IMG/VR virus record: IMGVR_UViG_3300025087_000039
Location: 1-64,000 of that record
Origin: an uncultured virus (IMG/VR IMGVR_UViG_3300025087_000039)
Lineage: Duplodnaviria > Heunggongvirae > Uroviricota > Caudoviricetes
Reading direction: 5' to 3' (one strand)
DNA: 64,000 bases
In this document: positions 17,884-28,015 of the stretch, one piece after another
How positions within the stretch are numbered: position 1 is the first letter of the stretch
Layout of the letters: every line of letters starts with the position of its first letter
The notes under the pieces: model-generated
What the model was told of the DNA's origin: nothing
The model's input: the letters and a program-made list of their open reading frames with translations, nothing else
Databases searched by the model: none
Translations under genes and position numbers: made by a program

Positions 17884-18657
17884 TCAAAAATTCCAATTTT
17901 CTATATATTCTTTTTGTTTTTTTAATGGAGTCCCATAATAAATTCCAGACTCCGTAATATTTTTATAAACATTTGATCCCATTCCAATAATAACATTATC
18001 ACAGATAGAAACTTTATTTTTTATATTTGTTCCCACCCCAACCCAACAATTATTTCCTATTCTAACTGACCCAGAAATTATGCAACCATTTCCAATTACT
18101 GTGTTATCTTCAATAATACAATTGTGCCCAATATTAGAAAGGGCTCCAATATATATATTATTTCCAATGATCGTATCATCTAAAACTCCTCTATGTATTA
18201 CAGAGTGAGCCCCAATAATCACATTATCTCCAATAAATAAATTTCCTATATGAATCATTTGAATTTTAATTTTATTTTCGGAATCATCTAATCCAAACGC
18301 TAAATGTAATCCCTCAGCTCCTAACACAGAACTTATATGAATTGAACCATTTTTTCCTATTGATATTTTAGCCCTTGGTTTGTTTCTATTTATAAAATTA
18401 TGTAAAATTGAAAATGAATATAATACATTGGACACAAAATAAAATTTAACAAATTTATGGTTTAAAAAATTGTCATTACTATCTGCTAAATGAAACTCTA
18501 ATTTTTCATCAGCTAAAATATGAACAGGAAAATTTATATCAATTAGATATTTTAAATATGTCAAATCTTTAATATATGAAACGCAGTCTGGTTTCAAAAA
18601 TTTTATTGAGCATGTTTTTTTATCTAATAAATCTTTAAATAATGACATTTCAATCAT
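17884..18657 (-). CDS. Hexapeptide-repeat acyltransferase (LpxD-like)
   Basis: IGDNVIIGAHSVIHRGVLDDTIIG...NIGHNCII left-handed beta-helix. Confidence 0.8.
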   Translation of the reverse strand: MIEMSLFKDLLDKKTCSIKFLKPDCVSYIKDLTYLKYLIDINFPVHILADEKLEFHLADSNDNFLNHKFVKFYFVSNVLYSFSILHNFINRNKPRAKISIGKNGSIHISSVLGAEGLHLAFGLDDSENKIKIQMIHIGNLFIGDNVIIGAHSVIHRGVLDDTIIGNNIYIGALSNIGHNCIIEDNTVIGNGCIISGSVRIGNNCWVGVGTNIKNKVSICDNVIIGMGSNVYKNITESGIYYGTPLKKQKEYIENWNF

Positions 18658-19210
18658 TTTTATTTATCACTTTCTTTGCAGGAATGCCGATATATGTAGA
18701 GTTTTTGTCACAGTTTTTATTTACAAAACTCATCGCTCCAATAATTGTATTATGACCAATATGAACTCCTGGACCGATCACAGCATTTGTACCTATATAA
18801 CAATTTTTTTCTATCTTTATATATTTTGAATGATCCCCCTTAACATCAGAAAATATTGTCATAACATTTGGAGATAAAAAACAATTATGTCCTATATGGA
18901 TATTTCTACAAATTGTAGAATTAAATCTCAAAGTTGTATTTGAACCAACCACATTATCACCAGAAGATTTCACAAAACTATCGATTGAAACCCCATTAAA
19001 AATACATGTATTTTCTTGTAATAAAACATAATTTTTTAGAGATACATCGTCTCCACAAATCACACCTTCTTCGATAATACAAAATTTTCCAATTTTAAAA
19101 TTTTTTCCTTTGATAAAACTTTTATGAATATAATTTTGCTTAAAGATTCTTTGATAAATTCTCCATAGATGAAAAAATATTTTTTTATCAGTCATTCTAA
19201 TTTCCTCCAT
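18650..19210 (-). CDS. Hexapeptide-repeat sugar N-acetyltransferase
   Basis: CYIGTNAVIGPGVHIG...GAMSFVNK...IGIPAK. Confidence 0.85.
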   Translation of the reverse strand: MEEIRMTDKKIFFHLWRIYQRIFKQNYIHKSFIKGKNFKIGKFCIIEEGVICGDDVSLKNYVLLQENTCIFNGVSIDSFVKSSGDNVVGSNTTLRFNSTICRNIHIGHNCFLSPNVMTIFSDVKGDHSKYIKIEKNCYIGTNAVIGPGVHIGHNTIIGAMSFVNKNCDKNSTYIGIPAKKVINKND

Positions 19211-19938
19211 GAAATAAATTGTTCTCTTCCTGGTGTCACCTTAGAAAAATGATTTGCATCTCTCCAATACTTTCCTCTTTTACCCCAAACTAATCTAGCG
19301 TCTCCAGGTTTGCCATAAATACCATATTTCCATTTCATTATAAAATCCGACATTTTTGGATTCTTAAATCTAAATTGTTTTTCTGGGTTTTTATCATCAA
19401 CCATCATGGTTCGTCCTGTTTTGACAAATTCTCCCCTTATCAAAACAGGGTTTAACCCAAATTGTTTTTTTTGATCATCCGCCACAAAAAAACCTTCTTC
19501 GTTATATCTATATTTCGTATTAAATATTCTTGGGGTTAAAACATTTGGAATTGGTTCTTTATAGAGTCTCAAACATGCAAGGTCTTTGTATTTATTCATA
19601 ATTTCTATCATGTGATCAACATCGACTTTTCGGTGAACAATCCAATCATCCTCTAAATGAAAAACCCAAGGTGATTCAACTTGATCCCATGTCCATCTAA
19701 CAGCCTTAGGAAAAGATGGTTCTTTAGATATATTATATACGACCTTTTTGAAATGATTTTTACAAACTTCTAAAACATCATTCGCTGTAGCCTTGCCATT
19801 TCCCAAAGGGTCAATATTTACAATTAATCTATATCTATCTGGATTTTTATAAAACATACTTTTGAAAAATGATTTCAAAGTTCCTCTAACAATTTCCGGT
19901 CTTAACACAGATGTCATAGTGATATCTATTTTATCCAT
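19192..19938 (-). CDS. GT-A (GT2-like) glycosyltransferase
   Basis: WVFHLEDDW motif, FGLNP. Confidence 0.75.
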   Translation of the reverse strand: MDKIDITMTSVLRPEIVRGTLKSFFKSMFYKNPDRYRLIVNIDPLGNGKATANDVLEVCKNHFKKVVYNISKEPSFPKAVRWTWDQVESPWVFHLEDDWIVHRKVDVDHMIEIMNKYKDLACLRLYKEPIPNVLTPRIFNTKYRYNEEGFFVADDQKKQFGLNPVLIRGEFVKTGRTMMVDDKNPEKQFRFKNPKMSDFIMKWKYGIYGKPGDARLVWGKRGKYWRDANHFSKVTPGREQFISWRKLE

Positions 19939-20793
19939 TTATAAATACCTCTGGAATTTTTTTGCTTTTTTTTTTAAAATGAATTCATATTGATTATCCG
20001 GATTTTTGCCAATAAACTCTTTTAATCTCACAGGAATATCTTTCTTTAGCCAATAGTCATAGACAAAACCTAAATCAAAAGATCTTCCGCCATATTCTTT
20101 TATCACTCCAGAATATATTCTCCCTAATTCTCCAGCTGAAACCAACCACATATCATAATAATTTGCTTTTTCTGAAATCTCTTTAATCACAGTATTAAAT
20201 GACTTTTCATACTGATTTTGCCATTGTGATGGGATTTCTATACATTCTGAGGCGCATTCTAATTCTTGTAAAATGTCAATTATTTTTTTATTTGTTCCTA
20301 TACAACAAACTCGTTTACCTTTTAATAAATCGATTAAATTCATTTTATTTTTACTAATTCTTAAAACAGATAAAAAATTTATTTCTGGATTACAATAATT
20401 TTTATTATCAAATTCAGCATCATTATATATTTCATACCACAATTTTAATTTCATAATGGTTTGTTTATGCATTGGCTTTTTTGGCCCTCTAAGCCTGGGC
20501 CAAAAATATTCCGTAAAATATATTTCTGGGGTATCAATATAATTTGCCGTTCTTGCAGCCCATCCCCACCATTCTAAAATATCACCAGACAGTTCAATAG
20601 GAAAACCTTCTTTTAAAGATATTTCACTTAGTTGATTATGATTTCCTCTTGTAACAGATTCAATAAATTTTAATCCACCGTCACCAAATCTAATCAAAGA
20701 AAAAGGGATTTTATTTTCTATACATTTTTTTAAATCATTTAAAATTTCTTCGATAGAAAAAAGATATCTTCCTTTCATAATTTCTATTGACAT
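19939..20793 (-). CDS. GT-D fold-like glycosyltransferase
   Basis: PFSLIRFGDG and LVSAG..G....SFDLG motifs (DUF1792 type). Confidence 0.75.
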   Translation of the reverse strand: MSIEIMKGRYLFSIEEILNDLKKCIENKIPFSLIRFGDGGLKFIESVTRGNHNQLSEISLKEGFPIELSGDILEWWGWAARTANYIDTPEIYFTEYFWPRLRGPKKPMHKQTIMKLKLWYEIYNDAEFDNKNYCNPEINFLSVLRISKNKMNLIDLLKGKRVCCIGTNKKIIDILQELECASECIEIPSQWQNQYEKSFNTVIKEISEKANYYDMWLVSAGELGRIYSGVIKEYGGRSFDLGFVYDYWLKKDIPVRLKEFIGKNPDNQYEFILKKKAKKFQRYL

Positions 20794-20795
20794 AA

Positions 20796-21779
20796 TTATT
20801 TTAATTCCTCCAAAAGTTTTACAAACTTTTTCATATTATATTCTCGACTTCCTAAAGAGATAATTTCCTCCCTTCCTTTTTTTCCTAATTCAAATCTTTT
20901 TTTAGAATTAATAATTATCTTTTCCACACTTCGTCTAAAACTTTCAAAATTATTTTCTGAAACCACTCCAGAGTGATTATGTATTAAATAATCCTTTGTT
21001 CCAGATAATTCCGCATTTATTCCAACGACACAACATTCTGTCAACATAGCTTCAGCTGGAGGGATATGTAATCCTTCAAGACACGTTGGAGCTAACCATA
21101 CATTTATAGAATTATAAATCTCATTTTTTTCTTCAATTGAAGGAGTTTTTACGTATCGATCAATTACAGAGTCTGTCATTTTATCTGTTCCGTACATATA
21201 TAACTTTGTTTTATATTTATCTTTAAATTCACTTTGAATTTTTAAAATCCAGTCAGATCTTTTTGTTTTATGTTTTGTATGATATAATCCACCTAGAACA
21301 ATTTCATTATTATTTTTTCTTAAATTCATTGGATATTGTTCATTAAAATCATAACCAGGTCTAATAACGAAAGAACGAATATTAAATTTTTCAATATAAT
21401 TTTGTAAGCCTATACTATTTACAACTTTTATCGTTGGAACATTTAATATATTTTTTATGATAACATTTTCATCCATTTTCCATGTTTCCCAGCCTCTTAT
21501 CCAATGTATTTTTTTCCCACACCTCTGAGGAATATTCAATGTCGACTTGACTGTTTTATATCCTGTCGCAATTATAAAATCAGCATCAGGAATTTGATTT
21601 TCTCTTTTTATTGAAAGATAATCGCATTTAATTGGAGTCCAATTATAACCAATTTTTGTATTATCAATAATTGTTACCTCGTTTCCCAACTTAGCCAAAG
21701 TATTTGCAGATCTAACTATAGTATGTGACCCACCATTATTTCCGAGACCACAATTCAACAAATTAAAAATAATTTTCAT
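20796..21779 (-). CDS. GT4 glycosyltransferase
   Basis: NNGGSHTI, PDADFIIAT, EGLHIPPAEAMLTEC. Confidence 0.85.
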   Translation of the reverse strand: MKIIFNLLNCGLGNNGGSHTIVRSANTLAKLGNEVTIIDNTKIGYNWTPIKCDYLSIKRENQIPDADFIIATGYKTVKSTLNIPQRCGKKIHWIRGWETWKMDENVIIKNILNVPTIKVVNSIGLQNYIEKFNIRSFVIRPGYDFNEQYPMNLRKNNNEIVLGGLYHTKHKTKRSDWILKIQSEFKDKYKTKLYMYGTDKMTDSVIDRYVKTPSIEEKNEIYNSINVWLAPTCLEGLHIPPAEAMLTECCVVGINAELSGTKDYLIHNHSGVVSENNFESFRRSVEKIIINSKKRFELGKKGREEIISLGSREYNMKKFVKLLEELK

Positions 21780-22565
21780 TTAAAAAGTTCTCCTGAATAT
21801 TTTTGTCTTCATAGGATTTATTAAAGATATCTGATCATTAGTACATTTTTCATTAATAAGGATTGTTGGTTTTTTAAGCAAAAGACTTAATTTAGTAATA
21901 TCCGAATTTAAGTTTCCAATGCTTAGAGAAGATAATTTTAATGACTCAATAATACAACCTAATTTTGTAAGATTTTTACTTTCTTGAATCTTAGATATTT
22001 GTATATTCTTTCGTTTTATATTTACATTTTCTGAACTATTAATAATAAATCTTTCATTATTTTCTTTAAACATTACTTCAAATACTTTATCTAAAATACT
22101 TATTTTTTTTATAGCATCAAAATCTATAAAAATATTTTTTTTATCATATTTCAATGTGTCATGAATAAAAGCTTCATTGTCTCTTCTTGGTAAAAAATCA
22201 TAAAGCATTTTACTTCGAGGAAATTGCCACTTTACCTTATAATTAAAAGAATGTATTCTTGGAAAAAAATGATTTTCTATTTTAAATTTTCCTGAATATT
22301 TTGACTTAAATTTTTCTGACATTTTTATATATTCATCATTTGTTATTTCCGTATCTCTAAACATCTCAGAATTATTATCATCAAAATATAAAGGGATTAA
22401 AAAATCAACATATCTTCCATATAAATCAAATCTCTCTGGTCTTGTAAAAACAGCTATTTGACTTTTAGGATTTTTTCTTTTTGTATAAATGCAAAACGGA
22501 GCAAAATATAACATCTCCCATTCTAAAGAACCTATAAAAGGGCCAAATAAAAATATCGAATTCAT
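21780..22565 (-). CDS. GT9-like protein, paralog of 22565-23464
   Basis: Shared GPFIG.L.W, FDLYG.Y.D...PL, QFPR.KM...F.PR.DN. Confidence 0.6.
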   Translation of the reverse strand: MNSIFLFGPFIGSLEWEMLYFAPFCIYTKRKNPKSQIAVFTRPERFDLYGRYVDFLIPLYFDDNNSEMFRDTEITNDEYIKMSEKFKSKYSGKFKIENHFFPRIHSFNYKVKWQFPRSKMLYDFLPRRDNEAFIHDTLKYDKKNIFIDFDAIKKISILDKVFEVMFKENNERFIINSSENVNIKRKNIQISKIQESKNLTKLGCIIESLKLSSLSIGNLNSDITKLSLLLKKPTILINEKCTNDQISLINPMKTKIFRRTF

Positions 22566-23464
22566 TATTTATTCCTTAGAATTTTTGACATTATTTTCAA
22601 AACTTTTTCAGGTGGGATATTATAATATCTATCATCGATAAAAGTTATAGGAGTCTTTTTATAATTATAATCTAAAGTATGAAATCTTTTTTGATCTCCC
22701 CATTCTAAAACTTCTGTTCCTAAAGATAAAGATAAATTTGGAATAGAGGATTGACTTCCACAAGTCAAAATAGAATTTTTTATGCACTCTATAGTGATGC
22801 CGATTAAAGAAGAATCTTTAGTTAATTTAAAATTATTTATATCTAAAAATCTTTCTTTTGAATCTGGAATATATTCTGGAGCTTTTCCACAAATTATAAA
22901 ATTAAATCTATTATATAAATCGCTTTGATATAATAAATCATAAAACTCATTCCAATATTTCCAGTTTCTTTTAAATCCTCTTCGAAATCTAGAACCCAAA
23001 ACTACATTTTTTTTACCATTTGAAATATATTTATTTACTATAATTAAATTATCTTTTCTTGGCTTAAATTCATGAATCATTTTTCCACGTGGAAATTGAT
23101 GCTTATTTAAATGATGAGGCTTTTCTATCTTCGGATAAAGATGTTCAACAATATCATATTGATTCATATACTTATCATGAAAATTTGTTATTAGTTTATA
23201 ATAACCTGTTAATGGATAACCCTCTAATCTAAAACAGTTTCCTTTATATTTTGTAAAATCTCCATCAATTCTTAAAGGAACAAAAATATCAGAGTATTGT
23301 CCATAAAGATCAAAAGTGTCTTCCCTTGTATAAACGATAAGTTTAACTTTATTTTTATATTTAGAAATTTTATTCCAAATTACAAAAGGGGCAAAACGCA
23401 AAACTTGCCAGCCCAATTCCCCTATAAATGGTCCAGCTAAAATTGCTTTTTCCATTAATACCAA
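22565..23464 (-). CDS. GT9-like glycosyltransferase
   Basis: GPFIGELGW, RNWKYW, GSQSSIPNLSLSLGT. Confidence 0.65.
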   Translation of the reverse strand: MVLMEKAILAGPFIGELGWQVLRFAPFVIWNKISKYKNKVKLIVYTREDTFDLYGQYSDIFVPLRIDGDFTKYKGNCFRLEGYPLTGYYKLITNFHDKYMNQYDIVEHLYPKIEKPHHLNKHQFPRGKMIHEFKPRKDNLIIVNKYISNGKKNVVLGSRFRRGFKRNWKYWNEFYDLLYQSDLYNRFNFIICGKAPEYIPDSKERFLDINNFKLTKDSSLIGITIECIKNSILTCGSQSSIPNLSLSLGTEVLEWGDQKRFHTLDYNYKKTPITFIDDRYYNIPPEKVLKIMSKILRNK

Positions 23465-23745
23465 TTCCCTTTGGCTTTTCTAATTTTTATTTCTAAAGAA
23501 ATTTCTGTTCTTAATTTTTGAATACAAGGGTGTTTTATATTACCTGTTCTAAATCCGGTTCCTGTTAAATAATTCATAACGATTCTTAGTTTTTCTTTTT
23601 TAGTAGAACTTAAAGAACCTAAATATTCTCTTAATTTTTTACAATTTTTTTCTGGCTCTTCTGTCCATTTTCCTAAAAGAGATTCACGTACCTTTTGCCA
23701 TACAGGATCTTTTACTAAATTTGATATTGAATCCTTTTTATCCAT
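23455..23745 (-). CDS. Hypothetical protein
   Basis: 96-aa ORF in operon. Confidence 0.6.
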   Translation of the reverse strand: MDKKDSISNLVKDPVWQKVRESLLGKWTEEPEKNCKKLREYLGSLSSTKKEKLRIVMNYLTGTGFRTGNIKHPCIQKLRTEISLEIKIRKAKGNWY

Positions 23746-23748
23746 TAT

Positions 23749-24579
23749 TTACCATCCTTTGACAATATCTCTTCTGGACTCAATAAATTTATAAAAACTA
23801 TCAAAATCCATCTTAGAAATATTTTCATCTGATTCCTGAAATCTTATTCTTTTTAAAGCTTCTTTTTTATCTTTAATTTTAGTTAATTGATTACAAACAC
23901 TTCCGCAAATAGCTCCACAATGATAAGCTAATTTTGTTTGTATTCCAAGAATATAATTTTTTCCGCCTGACTTTTTATCCATCAAATGCCAATACATTTG
24001 ATCATGTTTTTTATTGTGTCCAACTAATGATCTTAAATCCAATAAACCGACATCTTCAAAAAAATTGCTTCTTGTTGTCCATAAACCAGACCCACCTAAT
24101 TTTCCAGTCACGGCAGAAATATCTGTAGTTCCTAAATCCAATGGAATTTTTGGCTTGATCCCACCTGGGCATTGGCTAATAATTTTAATATGATTTAAAT
24201 TTGTTTTATTTACAATTTTCCAAACTCTTTTAATTTTCTCATCCCATTCTGGAGTTACGATCATATCATTATCCATTAATACAAGAAAAGAAAATTCATT
24301 TTTCTTTGGATCTTGCATATGTTGAAGACCAAACATATTACTTGAAACAGCTTTTGAAAAAGCAAAAAATGTGGATGATGGAGTGTTGAAAGTAACCTGT
24401 TTAATAATTCCGCTTTTATATAATTCATTAAAATATGAAAAATGCTCATCAATTCTATAAGAAGTTAAATTATCATAAATATAAATATGAAACTCTTCCT
24501 TAGAATGCTTGACAATGGATTCAATACATTTTTGGGTAATGGCCAAACGGTTTCTACAAGTTATCATAATTTTATACAT
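23749..24579 (-). CDS. GT2 glycosyltransferase
   Basis: ITCRNRL..TQKCIESI, IYDNLT, LMDNDM. Confidence 0.8.
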   Translation of the reverse strand: MYKIMITCRNRLAITQKCIESIVKHSKEEFHIYIYDNLTSYRIDEHFSYFNELYKSGIIKQVTFNTPSSTFFAFSKAVSSNMFGLQHMQDPKKNEFSFLVLMDNDMIVTPEWDEKIKRVWKIVNKTNLNHIKIISQCPGGIKPKIPLDLGTTDISAVTGKLGGSGLWTTRSNFFEDVGLLDLRSLVGHNKKHDQMYWHLMDKKSGGKNYILGIQTKLAYHCGAICGSVCNQLTKIKDKKEALKRIRFQESDENISKMDFDSFYKFIESRRDIVKGW

Positions 24580-24597
24580 TGAATTATTTTCCTCGCC

Positions 24598-25851
24598 TTA
24601 AGACATATTTTTTTCGATTATTTTTAAAACCTCATTTGAATCTATATTATCATAACAAATCCCAGCACCAGAACGAGAATTTAAACAAGGTTTGTGTCCA
24701 TGACTAAAACAAGGAGAGCAGATACTTTTTCCGTCTATCCATTCTATATATTTGTATGTGGAGAGTCTTATGTGCCCTGGAAAAGCTCCATAAATTCCAA
24801 GGCCTTTTGTTTTAACTGATTCTGCAATATGTATTAAAGAGGAATCTGGAGAAACAACAAATTTGGCTAATTTTGTTAAAGCAATGCTATAAGATAATTT
24901 TTTTGATAATCCAGAAAAGTTTATCACCAAATCTTTAAAATTCAAAGTATCAATAAATTTCTGGACACTACTTTCCATTGGCGGGGAATCTGTGATAATT
25001 ACTAAATATCCTTTTTCATTTACCTTATCAATTATTTCCTTCCATTTAGATAATCTTGGGGATCTTAAAGGCGAGCTGGCTCTGAGCTGAAAAAGTACAA
25101 AAGGTTTATCCTGAGGGTTTAGAGTCTTTAATAGACTTTTTACAATATTTAAATCTTCCTCACTTGGTTCTTGTTCAGGATATAATTTTTCTTTAGGGAC
25201 ATTTAAACCAAGCCATTTTGTAAAAAGCTCATAGGCGTTTGTTGTTTCTGCTTCTTTACATCTTTCAATCACTCCTTCAAAAATTGCATGATAATCACTA
25301 TGAACTAATCGTTGTAAATTAAAAGGTAATTCAATCAATTCATCAATATTTTTCCACGTTTCAACCATACTTTTATATTGTGCTCCGCAAGCAAAAATAA
25401 TTTTAGAGGTTGGATATTTTTCTTTTAAATATTTCAAATTAGGTTGAATGAAACATAAATCGCCTATTCCACCAGTTCGCCAAATTAATAAAGTTTTATT
25501 ATTTAAATCTTGTCCTCTATAAGGTTTATAAATATTCATAAACTTTGACGTAGATGGTTTTAATAATTTTCGATTGCTTATTTTATCATAATGTAATTGT
25601 TCATAAATAGAGCTACTTAAAATATATTTTTGCCCCTTTTTAAATTCTTGTAAAGAAGTCTTGTTAACTATATACTTTGCATTTCTAATTGCTTCGGCAA
25701 TTATAATATTTGGAGGGCTTTTTCTAAGATCTTCAATTTTATCTACAATTCTTATATTTTTTGATAATCCAGAAATTCTATATTCGGTATCAGAAATCTT
25801 TTTACTTTCAATTTTATTTTCTCTTTGTAAAACAAGATTTCCCTGATTCAT
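24598..25851 (-). CDS. GT9 (heptosyltransferase-like) glycosyltransferase
   Basis: RTGGIGDL, VSPDSSLIHIA, GIYGAF, CSPCF. Confidence 0.85.
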   Translation of the reverse strand: MNQGNLVLQRENKIESKKISDTEYRISGLSKNIRIVDKIEDLRKSPPNIIIAEAIRNAKYIVNKTSLQEFKKGQKYILSSSIYEQLHYDKISNRKLLKPSTSKFMNIYKPYRGQDLNNKTLLIWRTGGIGDLCFIQPNLKYLKEKYPTSKIIFACGAQYKSMVETWKNIDELIELPFNLQRLVHSDYHAIFEGVIERCKEAETTNAYELFTKWLGLNVPKEKLYPEQEPSEEDLNIVKSLLKTLNPQDKPFVLFQLRASSPLRSPRLSKWKEIIDKVNEKGYLVIITDSPPMESSVQKFIDTLNFKDLVINFSGLSKKLSYSIALTKLAKFVVSPDSSLIHIAESVKTKGLGIYGAFPGHIRLSTYKYIEWIDGKSICSPCFSHGHKPCLNSRSGAGICYDNIDSNEVLKIIEKNMS

Positions 25852-25882
25852 TTTTAAAGATACCTTTCAAACTTAAAAAAGA

Positions 25883-26167
25883 TTAAGATTTCTTTGTTAA
25901 AGATTTACCACTCTTCACCTTGTTCCAGTCACTATTTACCTCATCAAAAAATTTCTTCCTCTTTTCTTTTTCTAACTGGGTAGGGCTTGAAACTTTATAT
26001 TTTTCAAGCTTCTTCTTAAAAAATTCATTATATGAAATTTTCTCCTGAAGTTCGACCCTAATGCTTTCTAAAATCGATTCAATCTTTTTAAGAGATAAAT
26101 AATCTTTACTTTCAGAAGTCTTAAAAATCTTTTCTATATTTTCTTTAATTTGTTTTCTAGTTGCCAT
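25883..26167 (-). CDS. Small phage protein, probably virion-internal
   Basis: YNEFFKKKLEKYKVSSPTQL..EKRKKFF...W resembles a domain recurrent in T4-like phages (from memory). Confidence 0.45.
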   Translation of the reverse strand: MATRKQIKENIEKIFKTSESKDYLSLKKIESILESIRVELQEKISYNEFFKKKLEKYKVSSPTQLEKEKRKKFFDEVNSDWNKVKSGKSLTKKS

Positions 26168-26190
26168 TAATAAACTCCCAAATTATATTG

Positions 26191-26790
26191 TTAAATATTT
26201 TTACTCTTTTTATATAGTTCTAAAAAAACAGAAATATAACCCTCTAAAATTTTATTTAGCGTGAAATCATTCATTGGAATTGAAGAATGTTGTTCACCAT
26301 TTAAAATATTTAGAGCTTTAATAATAGTGATTCTTTGTTCTTGAAAGACTAAATTATCAGCCTCTCCAGATGTTCTAATCCATTTAAAAGCGCTATGTTC
26401 TTTTGATAATTTTACCTCTTGATTAGGATCTTTCATTTTACAAAGATAATTCCAACTTGTAGTTTTTCTTGTTTCTCTATCAGCTAAATATTGAAAGGAA
26501 TCAATTAATTCAACTATTTCAATATCTAAATCAGTTTCTTCTTTTATTTCTCGAATTGTGCAGTCTCTTATTTTTTCGTTTTGTCCTTTGTCACATTTTC
26601 CTCTTGGAAATTCCCAAGCGTCAGGCCAATGATCTTCCGATGATCTTCTTATTAAAAGAATAGAAAATATTCCATCTTTATCTTTTTTATAAACTATACT
26701 GGCTCCAACGTTCATTTCTTTTATTACTTTTTTATCATTTCCAGATAAAATAAATTCACATAGGCATTTATTTTTATTCATAATTTTCAA
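26191..26790 (-). CDS. Nudix hydrolase
   Basis: WEFPRGK...REIKEETDL Nudix box; LSKEH..FKW. Confidence 0.85.
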   Translation of the reverse strand: MKIMNKNKCLCEFILSGNDKKVIKEMNVGASIVYKKDKDGIFSILLIRRSSEDHWPDAWEFPRGKCDKGQNEKIRDCTIREIKEETDLDIEIVELIDSFQYLADRETRKTTSWNYLCKMKDPNQEVKLSKEHSAFKWIRTSGEADNLVFQEQRITIIKALNILNGEQHSSIPMNDFTLNKILEGYISVFLELYKKSKNI

Positions 26791-28007
26791 CTCCTAATTT
26801 TATATACATACAATTCTATGATCATCCCTTTTTCTAATTCCACATAATCTGTCAATTCGATCAAAGTTGTGCTAATTAAATTATAATGATCTCCATAAGA
26901 TAATTCCCCAAACTTTGAATTGATATATAAAAGACGATGATCTGTAATTTCTTCAGGAATTGTAATTTGTAAATTTGCGGTTGAATCGATATCGGTCTGG
27001 GTTACCTCATAATAATATCTATGATTAAAATCTGCGACATATGTATATTCAAATGAAGAGGTTGCATCCTCAAGTAAACTCCAAGCGTCTGGCGTATGTT
27101 CTTCATCATTTATTCCAGAGTTCCAATGTGAACTTAAAAGTTCTCTTTCCAAAGGAGGTTGAAAAGAACTATATCTGGAATATGCCGAGCCATATCTTAA
27201 TTCAAAATCAATTTTCTCAACAAGATAATCTGTCTCTATAACTAAGAATGAAGGAATCGATATTTCATAATTTACATTACATAATAATCTCCAATCTGAT
27301 AATTTATCTGTTCCTCCATATTTTGTGCTTCCATCTGTAATTGATGATAATTTTAACTGGGGTCTTATTTTCACCGGAACAACAAGTTCATTAAGGTTTG
27401 TTGATTTAATTAAAGAAGAATATGCCGACGCACTTTCCCAATCTATAACATAAGATTTTCCTGTGACATCATTTGTATATCTATAATTTACTAATTCTGG
27501 AGGCAAGATTATAAAGGAATTAAAATATTGAGGTTGGATGACCCTATCAATTCCACCAAAAATTGATATTAAAAATAATCTAAGATCTAAATATTCATAA
27601 ACGTTTTCAACCCACATAATAAATTCTACATCTCCAGTTAATCTCATAAATCCTGGGGTAATTTTTATATTTCTATCTTGATAAATTGGATCAAATAAAC
27701 CAGCTGCCATTCCAGGATTTAAATTAGGAAATCTCCATAATTGTTTTCCTGTTGTATTTGAGTCTGAAGGTAAAAATTCTCCAGTTGGATTTAAAGCTAT
27801 AGCCGGAAGATTTGGTTGATCTGTCTCTCTTCCATATTGTTCAGTTTTAGAAATATATTCAACGGCTTTATGATAAGTTCCAATAACTTTATAAGAAAAA
27901 CGTGGATATAAATAATCTGAAAAATAATCTAACATATCTTTATAAAAATGACCTAACGTATTATGAATATAAAAATAATTAAATCTATTTTGACTATCTT
28001 CTAGCAT
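26787..28007 (-). CDS. Hypothetical virion protein, possibly tail terminator/completion type
   Basis: 406 aa, beta-rich; LPAIAL motif loosely like the gp15 LPRIS motif. Confidence 0.35.
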   Translation of the reverse strand: MLEDSQNRFNYFYIHNTLGHFYKDMLDYFSDYLYPRFSYKVIGTYHKAVEYISKTEQYGRETDQPNLPAIALNPTGEFLPSDSNTTGKQLWRFPNLNPGMAAGLFDPIYQDRNIKITPGFMRLTGDVEFIMWVENVYEYLDLRLFLISIFGGIDRVIQPQYFNSFIILPPELVNYRYTNDVTGKSYVIDWESASAYSSLIKSTNLNELVVPVKIRPQLKLSSITDGSTKYGGTDKLSDWRLLCNVNYEISIPSFLVIETDYLVEKIDFELRYGSAYSRYSSFQPPLERELLSSHWNSGINDEEHTPDAWSLLEDATSSFEYTYVADFNHRYYYEVTQTDIDSTANLQITIPEEITDHRLLYINSKFGELSYGDHYNLISTTLIELTDYVELEKGMIIELYVYKIRS

Positions 28008-28015
28008 CCATTCTC

